A DNA stretch of 64,000 nt from the human T2T-CHM13v2.0 reference genome, Homo sapiens: NCBI RefSeq assembly GCF_009914755.1, contig NC_060932.1. One strand, written 5' to 3'. Positions 14,051 to 27,089 of the stretch are shown one piece after another. The position numbers and the translations under genes were made by a program. How positions within the stretch are numbered: the first letter of the stretch is position 1; every line of letters starts with the position of its first letter. Under the pieces are notes generated by a model. That model saw only the letters and a program-made list of their open reading frames with translations, searched no databases and was not told the origin of the DNA.

Positions 14051-14194
14051 GGGGTGAGACAATAACAGTGATGTCCTCCCACATCTCCACTGACAACACA
14101 GCGTATATGCAAGATGCTTTCTTTGAGGACTTCCCCCACCACCATTGCTGCAAATTTCCTTTAGTTTAATAGTGCTCCAGAAGCCTGCCATTTA

Positions 14195-14488
<294 letters not shown>

Positions 14489-15519
14489 CCGAGTAGAGTT
14501 GGGTAGTCCGGAATAAGAAAGAGCCTGAACAATGCCTTTTAGGCATGTATTTCAAAATCATTTTTGTTAGTGTAATAGGAAGCAATGTCTGGGGTAAATG
14601 TCTTTCCTTTTTATTACCATTCTGCTTTTATAATAGACAGATTACTAAATTAATGTGTTACCCACCATTCCCGACAATTAGCTTTAAAAACATCTCTTGG
14701 AGGCCAAGCTCTTGTATGCCAGGTTTCATGCTGAGAAGCTTTGCATAGCTGCAATATAAATAAATCTCCGTGAAAAGGTGCTTGCAGTAGAACTTCTAAA
14801 AGTATCGCCTGTAAGCATTGAGGTACTTCAAAAACACTGCTTCATCATCATTCCAACACTGCAGCCTGAAGGCAGGGTTATTTTGGGAGTGTTTGCAGGA
14901 TAATATTTTATAGGTAGATGTGAGATGCCTTTCTTCTCACATCTGATCTTTGTCTTTCTACATTACACATTGATCTTTGTCTTTCTACAAAGCCTGGGTG
15001 AGGTTGCATAATATTCATTTGAGAGAGGGGACTTCAGTCCCTTTCAGGGTAATGACAGGGAGATTGAGGCCTGACAGAGGGCCATTACGGCTGGTTCAAG
15101 ACTCTCTAGTTGAGTGGCAGCCAGATGAGGACTAGGATTGCTAGAGATCCCCAGGTGGCTGGCACTGCCATTTGTACAAGAAGAAATGGAGGAGGCGAGA
15201 AAGACAGAGTTGTGTGGATCCCCAGCTATGCTTCCCACAGAGAAGCCTGAGACCTTCCATCTTGTTTTTCCTACCTTCATCTCAGATGGTGCCCTGGGGT
15301 TCCTCTGAGGGTTCCTTCTGGTTCCTTCTTCCTTGGAGAGCTTTCTGGTTTCTTTCAGCTGCTGTGACTCACCTTGAAGGAAAAGTATGTGGGAAGTGAG
15401 GCTGCTTTCTTATAAACACTATTTGCCTTCTTGAGAATTTGTCCATACTGTGCACAGAGGGATGTCTTCCTACCAATACCTCCCGACCACACTGTGTGTT
15501 GCTTGGCAGGGACCCCACT

Positions 15520-16235
15520 CACTGGGTCATATGGTCATTTTATGTTTAACTTTTTAAGAAACTAACAAACTGCTCCAAGGGGTCTGCCCCATTTTACATT
15601 CCCATCAGCAATGTCTGAGGGTTCCCATTTCTGCTCATCCTCATAGACACTTGGAATTGTCTTTTATTAGAACCCATTCTAGTGGGCGTGAACTGATATC
15701 TCACTGTGGTTTTGATTTGCACTTGCCTGATGAATAATGATGTCCAGCATCTTTTCACATGCTTGTGGCCATTTACAAATTTTTTTGGTGAATTACCTAT
15801 TCATATCTCTTGCCCACGTTTTTTTGTTTGTTTGTTTGTTTTTTCCTCCATGCCATGATTCTGTATCCTTTTTTAATTGGGCTGTTTGTCTTACTGAGTT
15901 GTAAAAGAGTGTTTTTTAATACAAATTCCAGAAACAAGTCCTTTATTACATACATTTTGGCAGATATTTTCTCCCAGTCTATTACTTGTCTTTCCACTTT
16001 CTTAATGGTGTCTTTTGAAGCACAAAAGTTTAGAACTTTGAGGTTAAGTTTGTGATTTTTCTTTTCTTTTGTGAACTATGCTATTGGTGTGATATTTAAG
16101 AAATCTTTGCCCAACCCAAGGCCTCAAAGATTCTGTCCCATGTTTTCTTCTAGCATGTGTATGGATTGCTCTTACCCTTAAGCCTATGTGGATAGGCTTA
16201 TTGCACGTAGATACTCAAATGTTTCCACACTCTTT
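15520..16235 (-). mobile_element. L1M (L1MB/MC-like) ORF2 3' fragment
   Basis: ttttacattcccatcagcaatg...tcactgtggttttgatttgcac; minus-strand ORF 'ERQVIDWEKISAK' is L1 ORF2-like. Confidence 0.8.
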
Positions 16236-16289
16236 GCTGGGCGGAACCATGGGCCCCACTCTTGATTTCACTTCTTCTTCTCCCCACAG

Positions 16290-17438
16290 ATCTGCAAAGC
16301 CCCTGAGCCCAAAACAGTCTCCTACTGCAGCCCGTCCGTGCCCGTGCACTTTAACATCCAGCAGGACTGCGGCCACTTCGTCGCCTCGGTGCCGTCCAGC
16401 ATGCTCAGCTCCCCCGACGCGCCCAAGGACCCTGTGCCTGCCCTGCCCACACACCCCCCTGCCCAGGAGCAGGACTGCGTGGTGGTCATCACCCGAGAGG
16501 TGCCACATCAGACCGCCTCCGACTTCGTGCGGGACTCGGCGGCCAGCCACCAGGCGGAGCCCGAGGCGTACGAGCGGCGCGTGTGCTTCCTGCTTCTGCA
16601 ACTCTGCAACGGGCTGGAGCACCTGAAGGAGCACGGGATCATCCACCGGGACCTGTGCCTGGAGAACCTGCTGCTGGTGCACTGCACCCTCCAGGCCGGC
16701 CCCGGGCCCGCCCCCGCCCCCGCCCCGGCTCCCGCCCCCGCCGCCGCCGCGCCTCCCTGCTCCTCTGCCGCCCCGCCTGCTGGTGGCACTCTCAGCCCCG
16801 CAGCCGGCCCCGCCTCCCCGGAAGGGCCCCGGGAGAAGCAGCTGCCCCGGCTCATCATCAGCAACTTTTTGAAGGCCAAGCAGAAGCCGGGCAGCACCCC
16901 AAACCTGCAGCAGAAGAAGAGCCAGGCCCGGCTGGCCCCCGAGATCGTGTCTGCTTCCCAGTACCGCAAGTTCGATGAGTTCCAGACAGGCATCCTCATC
17001 TACGAGCTGCTGCACCAACCCAACCCGTTCGAGGTGCGCGCCCAGCTGCGGGAGAGAGACTACCGGCAGGAGGACCTGCCGCCGCTGCCCGCGCTGTCCC
17101 TCTACTCACCCGGCCTGCAGCAGCTGGCACATCTGCTACTGGAGGCCGACCCCATCAAGCGTATCCGCATCGGCGAGGCCAAGCGCGTGCTGCAGTGCCT
17201 GCTGTGGGGGCCTCGGCGCGAGCTGGTGCAGCAGCCGGGCACCTCGGAGGAGGCGCTGTGCGGCACGCTGCACAACTGGATCGACATGAAGCGGGCCCTG
17301 ATGATGATGAAGTTTGCGGAGAAGGCGGTGGATCGCAGGCGGGGCGTGGAGCTGGAGGACTGGCTTTGCTGCCAGTACCTGGCGTCTGCGGAGCCCGGGG
17401 CCCTCTTACAGTCGCTGAAGCTCCTGCAGCTTCTGTGA
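16290..17438 (+). CDS. PRAG1: PRAG1 terminal coding exon: pseudokinase domain and C-terminal SHED helices
   Basis: Acceptor cttcttcttctccccacag|ATC. Reads ICKAPEPKTVSYCSPSVPVHFNIQQDCGHF...HRDLCLENLLL...IISNFLKAK (DFG replaced by NFL)...RLAPEIV...NWIDMKRALMMMKFAEK...LEDWLCCQYL...LKLLQLL, with TGA at 17436-17438. In frame with the 16338..17438 ORF. Confidence 0.97.
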   Translation: MCKAPEPKTVSYCSPSVPVHFNIQQDCGHFVASVPSSMLSSPDAPKDPVPALPTHPPAQEQDCVVVITREVPHQTASDFVRDSAASHQAEPEAYERRVCFLLLQLCNGLEHLKEHGIIHRDLCLENLLLVHCTLQAGPGPAPAPAPAPAPAAAAPPCSSAAPPAGGTLSPAAGPASPEGPREKQLPRLIISNFLKAKQKPGSTPNLQQKKSQARLAPEIVSASQYRKFDEFQTGILIYELLHQPNPFEVRAQLRERDYRQEDLPPLPALSLYSPGLQQLAHLLLEADPIKRIRIGEAKRVLQCLLWGPRRELVQQPGTSEEALCGTLHNWIDMKRALMMMKFAEKAVDRRRGVELEDWLCCQYLASAEPGALLQSLKLLQLL

Positions 17439-17465
17439 GCCAAGCCCCAGCCTGCACCGTCGCTG
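16330..17465. other. Exonic CpG island over the last PRAG1 exon
   Basis: Very GC- and CpG-rich compared with the CpG-depleted flanks. Confidence 0.8.
16707..16751 (+). repeat. Coding (CCCGCC)n/(GCC)n repeat encoding (PA)6AAA
   Basis: cccgcccccgcccccgccccggctcccgcccccgccgccgccgcg. Confidence 0.9.
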
Positions 17466-17856
17466 CCCCTTCCCTGCCTAACCCTTTCCTGTCTCGCCTT
17501 GGAAGCACCCATGTCTCCCTGGGAAATGGTACAGATGACTGGGATACCTGGATGTAAAATATATAAATATATATATAGAAAATACATATACCATATATAA
17601 ATATGAAAGACTAAGGATGCTGTTGCCCGTCCACACTCGTCTCCTCTCTGCACTAAGTCCTCCCTGTTTTCTTCTGTAATTATACACATTTCCAGTTCCA
17701 TGCAACGTCCTGAGGACAGTTCTGTGAACTGAATGCAGCCTGGACACTGGCCTCAATACCTTGTTTAGGATTTCTTCACCCTTTTGTCAAATTGTTATTT
17801 AAAGAAAAAAAAAAAAGAAGAAAATTCCATTAAAATTTTTTTTGGTTGAGTCATGA
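17439..17856 (+). other. PRAG1: PRAG1 3' UTR (~420 nt; end approximate)
   Basis: Follows the stop codon. Contains a (TA)-rich block at ~17556-17605 and an A-rich tract at 17801-17824, and ends ~20 nt after ATTAAA. Confidence 0.75.
17829..17834 (+). terminator. Probable polyadenylation signal ATTAAA
   Basis: ATTAAA followed by a U-tract, a CA at ~17852 and GU-rich sequence (gtgtattaatatgtttggtggg) downstream. Confidence 0.7.
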
Positions 17857-18134
17857 GCAAAGCTCTTTATCCTTAAGTGCCTGAGTGTATTAATATGTTT
17901 GGTGGGTAAAACGGAGCTGTCTTTGGTCTTAACGCTTTTCAGGAGATAGAGCAGCAGTCTGCAAAGGACCAGGCAAGGGGGTACCAATTCATCTTCCCTG
18001 TTTCTCTTCCCACCTGGCAGCCTTCTGGAAAGAATCCAGACACAGCCGCTGTGATCCCAGTGGTTTGGAATTCAAACCCATTTCCAGTTTGCTAAAGCTG
18101 GTTGCCATTTGTAAAATTCAGAGATGTGCCTGAA

Positions 18135-18450
18135 AACAGAGTCCACCCCAGATGGCTCAGATGAAAAGAACTTAAGGGGACCACTTAGCTAGCTGTGATC
18201 AGGGTTATGAGAACAAAGGGTGACAAGGCCAAAAGCAAGGGCCAGAACAGCAGGACAGGGGAACATACAGGAGGTATTCGCGCTGAGATCTCTACAGCCG
18301 GAGATGGGAGTCTCTGTTTCCCATCTGTCATCTCCAACCTAATAGGATGCCAGACAGCAAGGGACCTTGGGTGATGCAGTCTGGAGGATCAGCCTCCTGG
18401 GGCAGGGAGGAGGGAGAGAATGCATGGGACGCCAGGTGGCAAACGGCCCA
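18135..18450. mobile_element. MLT1 (MLT1K/L-like) MaLR LTR fragment
   Basis: cccagatggctcagatgaaaagaac...gatgcagtctggaggatcagcctcctggggca. Confidence 0.5.
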
Positions 18451-19314
18451 CTGTTCCTACCGTACTAGATACTGGCAGGGCAAGCATAGAATTCAGGTGT
18501 TTCAACTCCCAGGCCAGTACTCCCTCTGCTGTTCGGGCCTCCTTCAAGTCTCCTTTTCTAAAACCTCATTTAACGCACCCATTGGCACCTACAGCTTACT
18601 GGAGTCAATGTTTGTTACTATGCCTTTAAAAACACACAAGGAAAATTAGGAGGCATCAGATCTTTCCTCCTCAAAACTAGACACAGGCACGAAAGTCAAA
18701 AATTACCTATTTGAAGAGAAATAGCCCCAAGACTCTTGTATTTCTACCTAATGGGTAATCTTCCAACTACAGAACTAATTGATTTCTAAAACCTTGTGAA
18801 TAACTCTGGACAAATTAAAACAAATACAAAGATCTGAATGGATGTTTTAGAAACCTGGGGATGCACTTAGCAGGAAGGATAGGGAACTCTCCCAGGTCCT
18901 CTTCTGCATATTAATTTCAATCCTTTTGTGAGTTCCACCTTCCAGCCCCTGACTACATGTAAACACATTCATCTTTCCATGCATCGTTGGTGAAGACAGC
19001 ACCTGGGGCGCATTTGTAATTTCAATTGTTTCCTGAGCATTGAGGAAAGAACTGAACCAAAACCAGCTCCCAACCCGTTTGTACAAGAGAAGGAGTCTGC
19101 AAACGTGGAAATCATATTTCTCCCCAGGACCTATCTGTTTCGGGGGGGCATTATTTGCCAGTTCTTTCTTTGTCCCTCGGAATTTTCCAGGCAAACCTTC
19201 TGCCATCAATTTGCTGTCTTTTGCTTTTTTGTCCTTTTTCACTTCAAGTAAATAAACAATGGAGAGGGAGGAGCAAATATTCTGACAGGGGAATGCAGTG
19301 CCATTAGAAAATAA

Positions 19315-19717
19315 GGCCCAGCGTGGTGGCTCATGCCTGTAATCCCAGCAATTTGGGAGGCCAAGACATGTCAATCACCTAAGGTCAGGAGCTTGAGACC
19401 AGCCTGGCCAACATGGAGAAACCCTGTCTCTACTAAAAATACAAAAATTAGGTGGGTGTGCATGCCTGTAATCCCAGCTACTCAGGAGGCTGAAGCAGGA
19501 GAATCACTTGAACCCAGGAGGTGGAGGTTACGGTAAGCCAAGATCATACCACTGCACTCCAGCTTGGGTAACAAGAGTGAGACTCTATCAAAAAAAAGAA
19601 GAAAGAGAAGAAAAGAAAAGAAAGAAAAAGAAAGAAATAAAGGAAAAAAGAGAAAGAAAGAGAAAAAAAGAAAGGGAAAGAAAGAAAGAAGGAGAGAGAA
19701 AGAAAGAAAGAAAGAAA
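19315..19717 (+). mobile_element. Alu with tail expanded into a GAAA-rich tract (19590-19717)
   Basis: Alu body followed by aagaaagagaagaaaagaaaag... Confidence 0.93.
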
Positions 19718-20123
19718 TGTCTTAGGAGCCACATTTTTAATTCCTGAATTAATTGCAACTTTTTTATACCACCCACTTCAGAAAAAAAAAATGAGGTTGT
19801 AAAAACTGTTCTAAGAACCAACATGAACCAAAAAATAAAGGATAAAGAAGAAACAATAGCAATAAATTCTGAATGAGAGGAATAAGAGCAATTAAACATA
19901 AAACTTACTTCTGAGCTGTCCACCAACCTATAAAAAGAAAACTGGTTGCAGAATTCTTTTTTGTGTGCAATTTTAGGAAACAGTTCGTCAGAAGGAAGAA
20001 ATTTTTGCCCAGTGCTTGGTTCTGAAGGAAATTTGTCAAGGATTCTTTGTTTGAAGACATTGAATAATGCCCCAATAGCAGTTTTAAAAAGAAAAAAAAA
20101 AAAAAGAATTTTTTGAACATAGG

Positions 20124-20793
20124 TGTCATGAGCGATGCCAGGTTAAAAATAACCAGGTCCACACATGCTTGTGTCTTTCCAGAATGTCAGGCTTTTATTG
20201 ATGCTAATTCAGTCACAAAAGCCAGAGGCTACATGGAGTTCCCAAGGAAGCAATTCTCTTTAGTACCTCCTGTTCTCTTGGTAGTCAGAGCCGCAGGCAC
20301 ACAGGCTTGAGCCACTCCACAAGTCAGTCAATATGGGAAACCATACATAATAGTATGCTTAATCAATATACATATGTTACAGATTAAACATTCCACAATA
20401 AACAAAGTAGCATTGAACATGAAGAGGAGAAAGAGATAGGAGAAAGGTTAAGGAACCAGTCCAGTGGGAGCAGGTCAGTCTTGCAAGGAAAAGTGTTTGA
20501 GGTGGCAGAAGCAGATGCCAAGTTCTTATCATGAGTGACTGCAAGACAGTATCAGTTAAGACAGCCCCATTTCGAGCTGCTGAAGGCCTGACATTTTAAA
20601 GTCACAGAGGCCTCTGGTGAGAACTGATCTTGGACGAGTGTCCTTGTTTGTGTCTTTATCTGATTGGATGTAATCTTTATCTTTTTTATTTATTAAACAA
20701 AACATCTTATCCTTGTTGGCAAAGTGCCCTCTGAAACATAAAATGAAGTCTTATTCTAAGATGGAGTTTGTTATATCAAGGGTACTCTATACA
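20124..20793 (-). mobile_element. ERVL-class solo LTR (LTR47-like)
   Basis: TG...CA ends and perfect 5-bp TSD ATAGG (20119-23 / 20794-98). The reverse complement starts TGTATAGAGTACCCTTGATATAACAAACTCCATCTTAG. Confidence 0.75.
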
Positions 20794-22604
20794 ATAGGGC
20801 ATTTTTTTATCGCTACCATTGGTGAAGTTCAAATATGGAGTGTTAAAATCTAGTTTCCTCAAGTTCTCTGGAAATGCTTGCCTACTCACTCCTCTCCGTG
20901 GATTGGCCTTTTCCATAAATGATTAGTCATGTGGCTGTAAATATTAGGTTTAGCAAACAACTTCATTCGCACTAAATTCAGAGGTTCAATATAACTGGTT
21001 TTTTGTTACTTCAAAATACACCTAGGCTGCATGGCTTTGTCTCACAGAAGACTCTAGCATGATATCCATTATGCCCAGAAACAATAGTTTGTTCTGCAGG
21101 ACTGAGGTTCAGAAATAATCAGGGACTTTTGTACGAGGACAGTTGCAGGATCTGGCAATTTAATACTCCTGTTATCAGTGAGTTCATCTCCCATTTTTCT
21201 TGGCTCTAAACCCAACTACTGGTATTTAAATCTCCAGTTTTTCTTCTCTCCCACTGAGTCAAGTCACCCCCATTATGTTTTCCACATACGTAATTTTTGT
21301 TGTTTGTAAGCCATTCTCATTTTCATGCCAAGATGTGGAATCGTTTTTCTTCTAATTTTTTTAATGTAGGCGTTATAAAGCCTCATATCTAAATAGTTAT
21401 ATCCTTGCCAGAAGCCAGATAAGCGCTTTAGGGATTATTTATTTATCATAACATATGGCTCAGATCTGAAAAGACTGGTTTTGGGGAGCTGTAGTTACCA
21501 CTTTATATAACACTTCACGGTTTCCAAGAGCTTAGAGCTGAAAAAACTCTTTTGAGATGTACGCGTGTACATAAAATAATTATAAAGATTTTCTAAAAAG
21601 AAGACACATGTTACTTTAGTGAGTTTTAAATTTGCGCTTAAAATACAGTCAACAAATGAAGCAGCCCTTTTCTGCTCTGTTGAATATCTGAAAACCTTTG
21701 GAGATCTAAAGATTAGCTTACCAAATCCCACTAAAAATAGTAGATTTGTAACATAAAACCAACTTGCCATTTTTAAGAGATGGTGATGTGAATGGAATTT
21801 ATTTATTAGAAATCAAAGTTTAACCCAGCTGATGTCATTGTTGAAAAAAAAAAAAAAATAAAAGCAAGAATAAAATGGTTGGAACAAGTACCATGGGATG
21901 ATTGTCTTGACAATTACCCTTTCTTTCTTTTTTCCAGTGCTAATTAATGCAGGCAATGGGGCAACCTCCCTGTAAAAGATGTCCTAGGAGGAGGAACTGC
22001 ACCCCGGGAAAGTGGTCAGGAGGTAACCCGATGGACTCTAGGGTTCCAGAAAAAGAGTCCAAATTCACTCAAAAGTGATATTGTTGGTTTAGGGGACTCT
22101 GGGGTTGGGCCAGAACATCTGTGACCAATGTGGATCCTTACCAGATCCAGGATACTCAGTCTTGTCTGATCTGGATCTTTTCTCCCAGAAGTTGACTACA
22201 TCCATGCCAAGCTTATGGAACTGGGGAAGGAAGGTCAAGTTCACTCGAGATTTTTCTGCGTGTCAACAGGCTGACTTTGTATTGCATTATCCCTGGGGAG
22301 TTTGAACATAGACATTGATCACATATTCTAAATGTTAGACTCAAATATTTCCAGCTCCTATGCCAGAGGTGATTACAGCTATTTCCTAAAAAAATACTGC
22401 CCTAGACACCAGATGGGCTGAGATTGTGAAGATGTTTGTGCACTGTAACAAACTTAAAGGTTACTCTGCAGACTTCTGCTTTACTGCCTTATTAGGGCAA
22501 AGCAGACATGGAGACAGGTTGAGGGAATTGAATGTGGAGGTCTAAGGAGAGAAGACAAGGCGGGAATTGAGAACACAAGATTCGAAGACAAACTACCTGC
22601 TCTA

Positions 22605-22694
22605 TTCGGTTGGTGCAAAAGTTATTGTGGCCTTTGCCATTACTTTTTAATTACTTTTAATGCAAAAACAGCAATAGCCTTTGCACCAATTTAA
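22605..22694. mobile_element. MADE1 (Hsmar1-derived MITE)
   Basis: TA|ttcggttggtgcaaaagttattg...caatagcctttgcaccaatttaa|TA; the element is palindromic. Confidence 0.9.
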
Positions 22695-23109
22695 TATCAT
22701 ATGCATGGATCCAGCCCCGGTGACTTTCCACAATCCTGAAAAGGTAATCAGGCCTTCACTCCTTTACTAGGATTACACAGACATTTGTATGTCCATTATT
22801 TTCTCAAAGATTTCCAGGAATGAGGAAGCTGTAACCATTTCCTCTTTTCTAGATTGTGTAGAGTTCAATTTCAGAACTTACAGCAGATTCTGTAAAAAGT
22901 CAGAAAGACTTTAACAACTGAGCCTCTTATTTAAACCCTTTATTTACTGGCCATTCCCACCACCACAATGACATAAGCAAGTTCTGGTTTTCCTAAAAGA
23001 GAAGCGGATTTTCTTTTTCCTACCCCTCAGCTTTGTTGGTTTTATTTATTTGAGTAGGCAAGCCCTAACATGGCACTCAAAGATAAAACTATCCAACAGG
23101 TGTACTCAG

Positions 23110-23437
23110 GGCTGGGCACAGTGGCTCACGCCTGTAACAGCATTTTGGAAGGCCAAAGCTATAATCCCAACACTTTGGGAGGCCAAGAATTGCTTGACGT
23201 TGGAGACCAGCCCTGGGCAATTTTGGGAGACTCTGTCTCTACAAAAAAATAAAAAACAAAAAAATTAGCCAGGCATGGTGGCACACACCTGTAGTCCTAG
23301 CTACTCACCTCCAGTGAGGTGAGAGGATCACTGGATCCCGAACGATCAAAGCTGCAGTGAGCTAGGATGGTGCTACTGTACTCCAGCTTGGGCAACAGAG
23401 AGACAGAGAAAGGCTGTCTAAAAAAAAAGAAAAAAAA
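23110..23437 (+). mobile_element. Alu (AluJ-like, rearranged left arm)
   Basis: Alu body with an internal duplication. Confidence 0.9.
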
Positions 23438-23690
23438 GGATGCTCAGAGCACTCAGAGCAGGTATCAATCCTCCATGCTTTCTCCTCCATGCCATTTTCC
23501 CCTCCTTTCCCCTGTGAGCACCCACCCGCTGTGGTCACCAAAGTCACCAGTTTCTGCTTGATCCTTCCTGTGTTTGTTCACAAATGAGCAGATACAAGTA
23601 TATCTTTCTTTCTTACACGGAAGTTACCATGCCTGAGATGCCAGAGCGCTTTGCTTTCCTCACTTAGCAGTATGTCAACAAGAACTTTCT

Positions 23691-24038
<348 letters not shown>

Positions 24039-25111
24039 GAACTTTCTTAAAGAGAAGTGACTTGATTTCTCCCCTGAGTTAGGGAATTGACAGGTTTCAT
24101 CACCTTTTCCCCAGGCATTAAAACATCATTTGCACTGCTTGGAGAGCATTAACTCATCAAAAATTTAATGATCTCTTATTGGTATTGCTCCTTGTTTTTG
24201 GTCTTAGGACAACTCATTTAATTTCCATTGGGAGATACAGACTCTTTTTCTTCCCAGATGGAAGTCCTGAGGCTTGCTCTAAAATGCAGTTAACATTGGC
24301 AGCAGAGCCCTGAGTTAATGATAAAATTCACCCTCAGGCCCTTACTAGTCCCTGGAGTGACTCTGCTAGTCTTTGCACTTGCAACTCAACACTTCTTTGA
24401 CAAGGTCTGCATTGGTCCCTTGTGGCAAACCCAACCTGGTGCCTATGGCCGGTTCTCCAAGGAAAATGCTTCAGGATGATCTTTCAGAGATAGTGTTTAA
24501 GGAAGAGCAAGGTTGTGCTACTCTGTGCCTTGGCTTTTCTGTGCCTCCAGTGTGGTCATTTCTTTCCATGACTTTAGAGAGCTGCAATGTAAGCAACAAG
24601 GACTCCACTCATTGAAATAGTTCATGGAACTTGGAGTGAGCTCTTGAACAATAGAAGCCTGATGCTGTTAGTCTTGGCTGAGTACAACATGAGTCATGGG
24701 CTGTTTCAAGTACCCAACTGAACATGGGTAGAAAGAAGGGGCTCCCTGGGTGACAGCCAGTGGAACAATTCCATGTGGAGATAGGGTTGGGGGAATGAGG
24801 TGGGGTGGGGGCTGCGCTCCCAGCACAGGAAGCAGACAAGGGTGCAGATCAGCCTGCCTTCCCGGTCAGTGCCGACTGTGCCCTGCAGCTGGGGTTGGCA
24901 GACACCTCCCAACTATGAGTCACACATTTGATCACAGCGTTCATCCTGCAGACAGGCCTCACTGGAACCAGCTGCTGGGCCCTGGCCTATTACCCAACTA
25001 CCCCCTTTGTTTCATCTCTGAAAAGGCAACAGTTCATTGGAGAAAGAGTCAAAATGAAGAAAACCAAGGGCAATGTTAAATGGCTATGGCAGTCATTCAT
25101 TCTTTTGGTAG

Positions 25112-25413
<302 letters not shown>

Positions 25414-26080
25414 AAGATAACCATTTCTAAACAACACCTGTCACAGGTGCTCTCATAAAACGGCTTTTCACTGGGGCACAGGCCTCTGGTAGCAGTTTGA
25501 TGGAGGGTTGGAATCATGACCTTCAGTTGGACAGGCCTGGTGAGGTCTGGAGTGTTTCCCTTGTGGTAACTCTAAAGTTATTGGGAAGGAAAGGAAATAA
25601 TGCAGGAGACAGACAGTGAATATTCCTGCAGAGATGTTAAGAGCATAATACAAGCCCTGATAATGGCCACAGCTGGGCTCTGCGGGGTATCTGTGTTTCT
25701 GTAAATGGACACTACTCAGTTTAGCAAACGGAAAGTGGCATTACATCCGGGTCCTCTGTCTCATTTTCATTCACAGATCCCTGTGGGCTGAGCACTGAGG
25801 AAGGAATTCATTAATGCCGCTGACCTGTCATTCAAAGACTCCCTGGGTTGCTTGAACAGAAGATTTTAGTTTGGTGTCTGATGACAATGTTGGAAAACTA
25901 TGAATGACAGAATAAGAGTGTCTTTGTTTACTTGACTTCTCTGCTCCAAGATTTAAAGTCTTGTTATTTGAAATATTATTTTACCTTCTTAAAACATTCC
26001 TCTGATATATGGAGAAATCTAGAAAGATAATCTCTATTTTAAGAGAAAATTAAGGTGTGGAAAAGTGAAATGATAAGTGA

Positions 26081-26528
<448 letters not shown>

Positions 26529-26564
26529 GTCCTTCAATGTTTGGCTCAAGGCACACCTAATTCA

Positions 26565-26938
26565 AGAACATAGAGAGTAGAAGGATGGTTACCAGAGGCT
26601 GGGAAGGGTGGCAAGGGGCTCAATGCAGGGAGGTGACGATGGCTAACGGGTGCAAAGAAATAGCCAGAAAGAATAAAATCTACTATTTGATAGTATAACA
26701 GGTGACTATAGTCAATAATAACTTCATTGTACATTTGAAAATAGGGAGTGTCACTGGATTGTTTGTAACTTTAAGGATAAATGCTTGAGCGGATGGATAC
26801 CTCATTTTCCATGATGTGCTTATTTCACATTGCACATAATATTTATCTCATGTACCCAATAAATATATACACTTACTATGTAGTCCCCAAAATTAAAAGC
26901 AATAAAAAAGAATAACTAATAAAAATAAAAATAAAAAA
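26565..26938 (+). mobile_element. L1MA 3' end with A-rich tail
   Basis: agagagtagaaggatggttaccagaggctgggaagg...ggtgactatagtcaataataac. Confidence 0.85.
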
Positions 26939-27089
26939 GTCCTCCCCTTCTTATGAAAGCTAGTGTCCCTTTCTCCTCTGCAATTATCCACTACTGCATC
27001 TCTCCGAACCTGGGAGGCAGGCAGTTTTTTAAAAATCTGAACATAAGTATATTCTTTGTCACTGAGTAGACTGTAGGACCATTGAGAGC

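Noticed and set aside
16215-17701. Long antisense and alternative-frame ORFs over the last exon (e.g. 16215..17018 -, 267 aa; 17102..17701 -, 199 aa; 16186..16626 +)
   Set aside because: These are expected shadows of a very GC-rich, codon-biased CDS with few stops in other frames. No recognisable domains.
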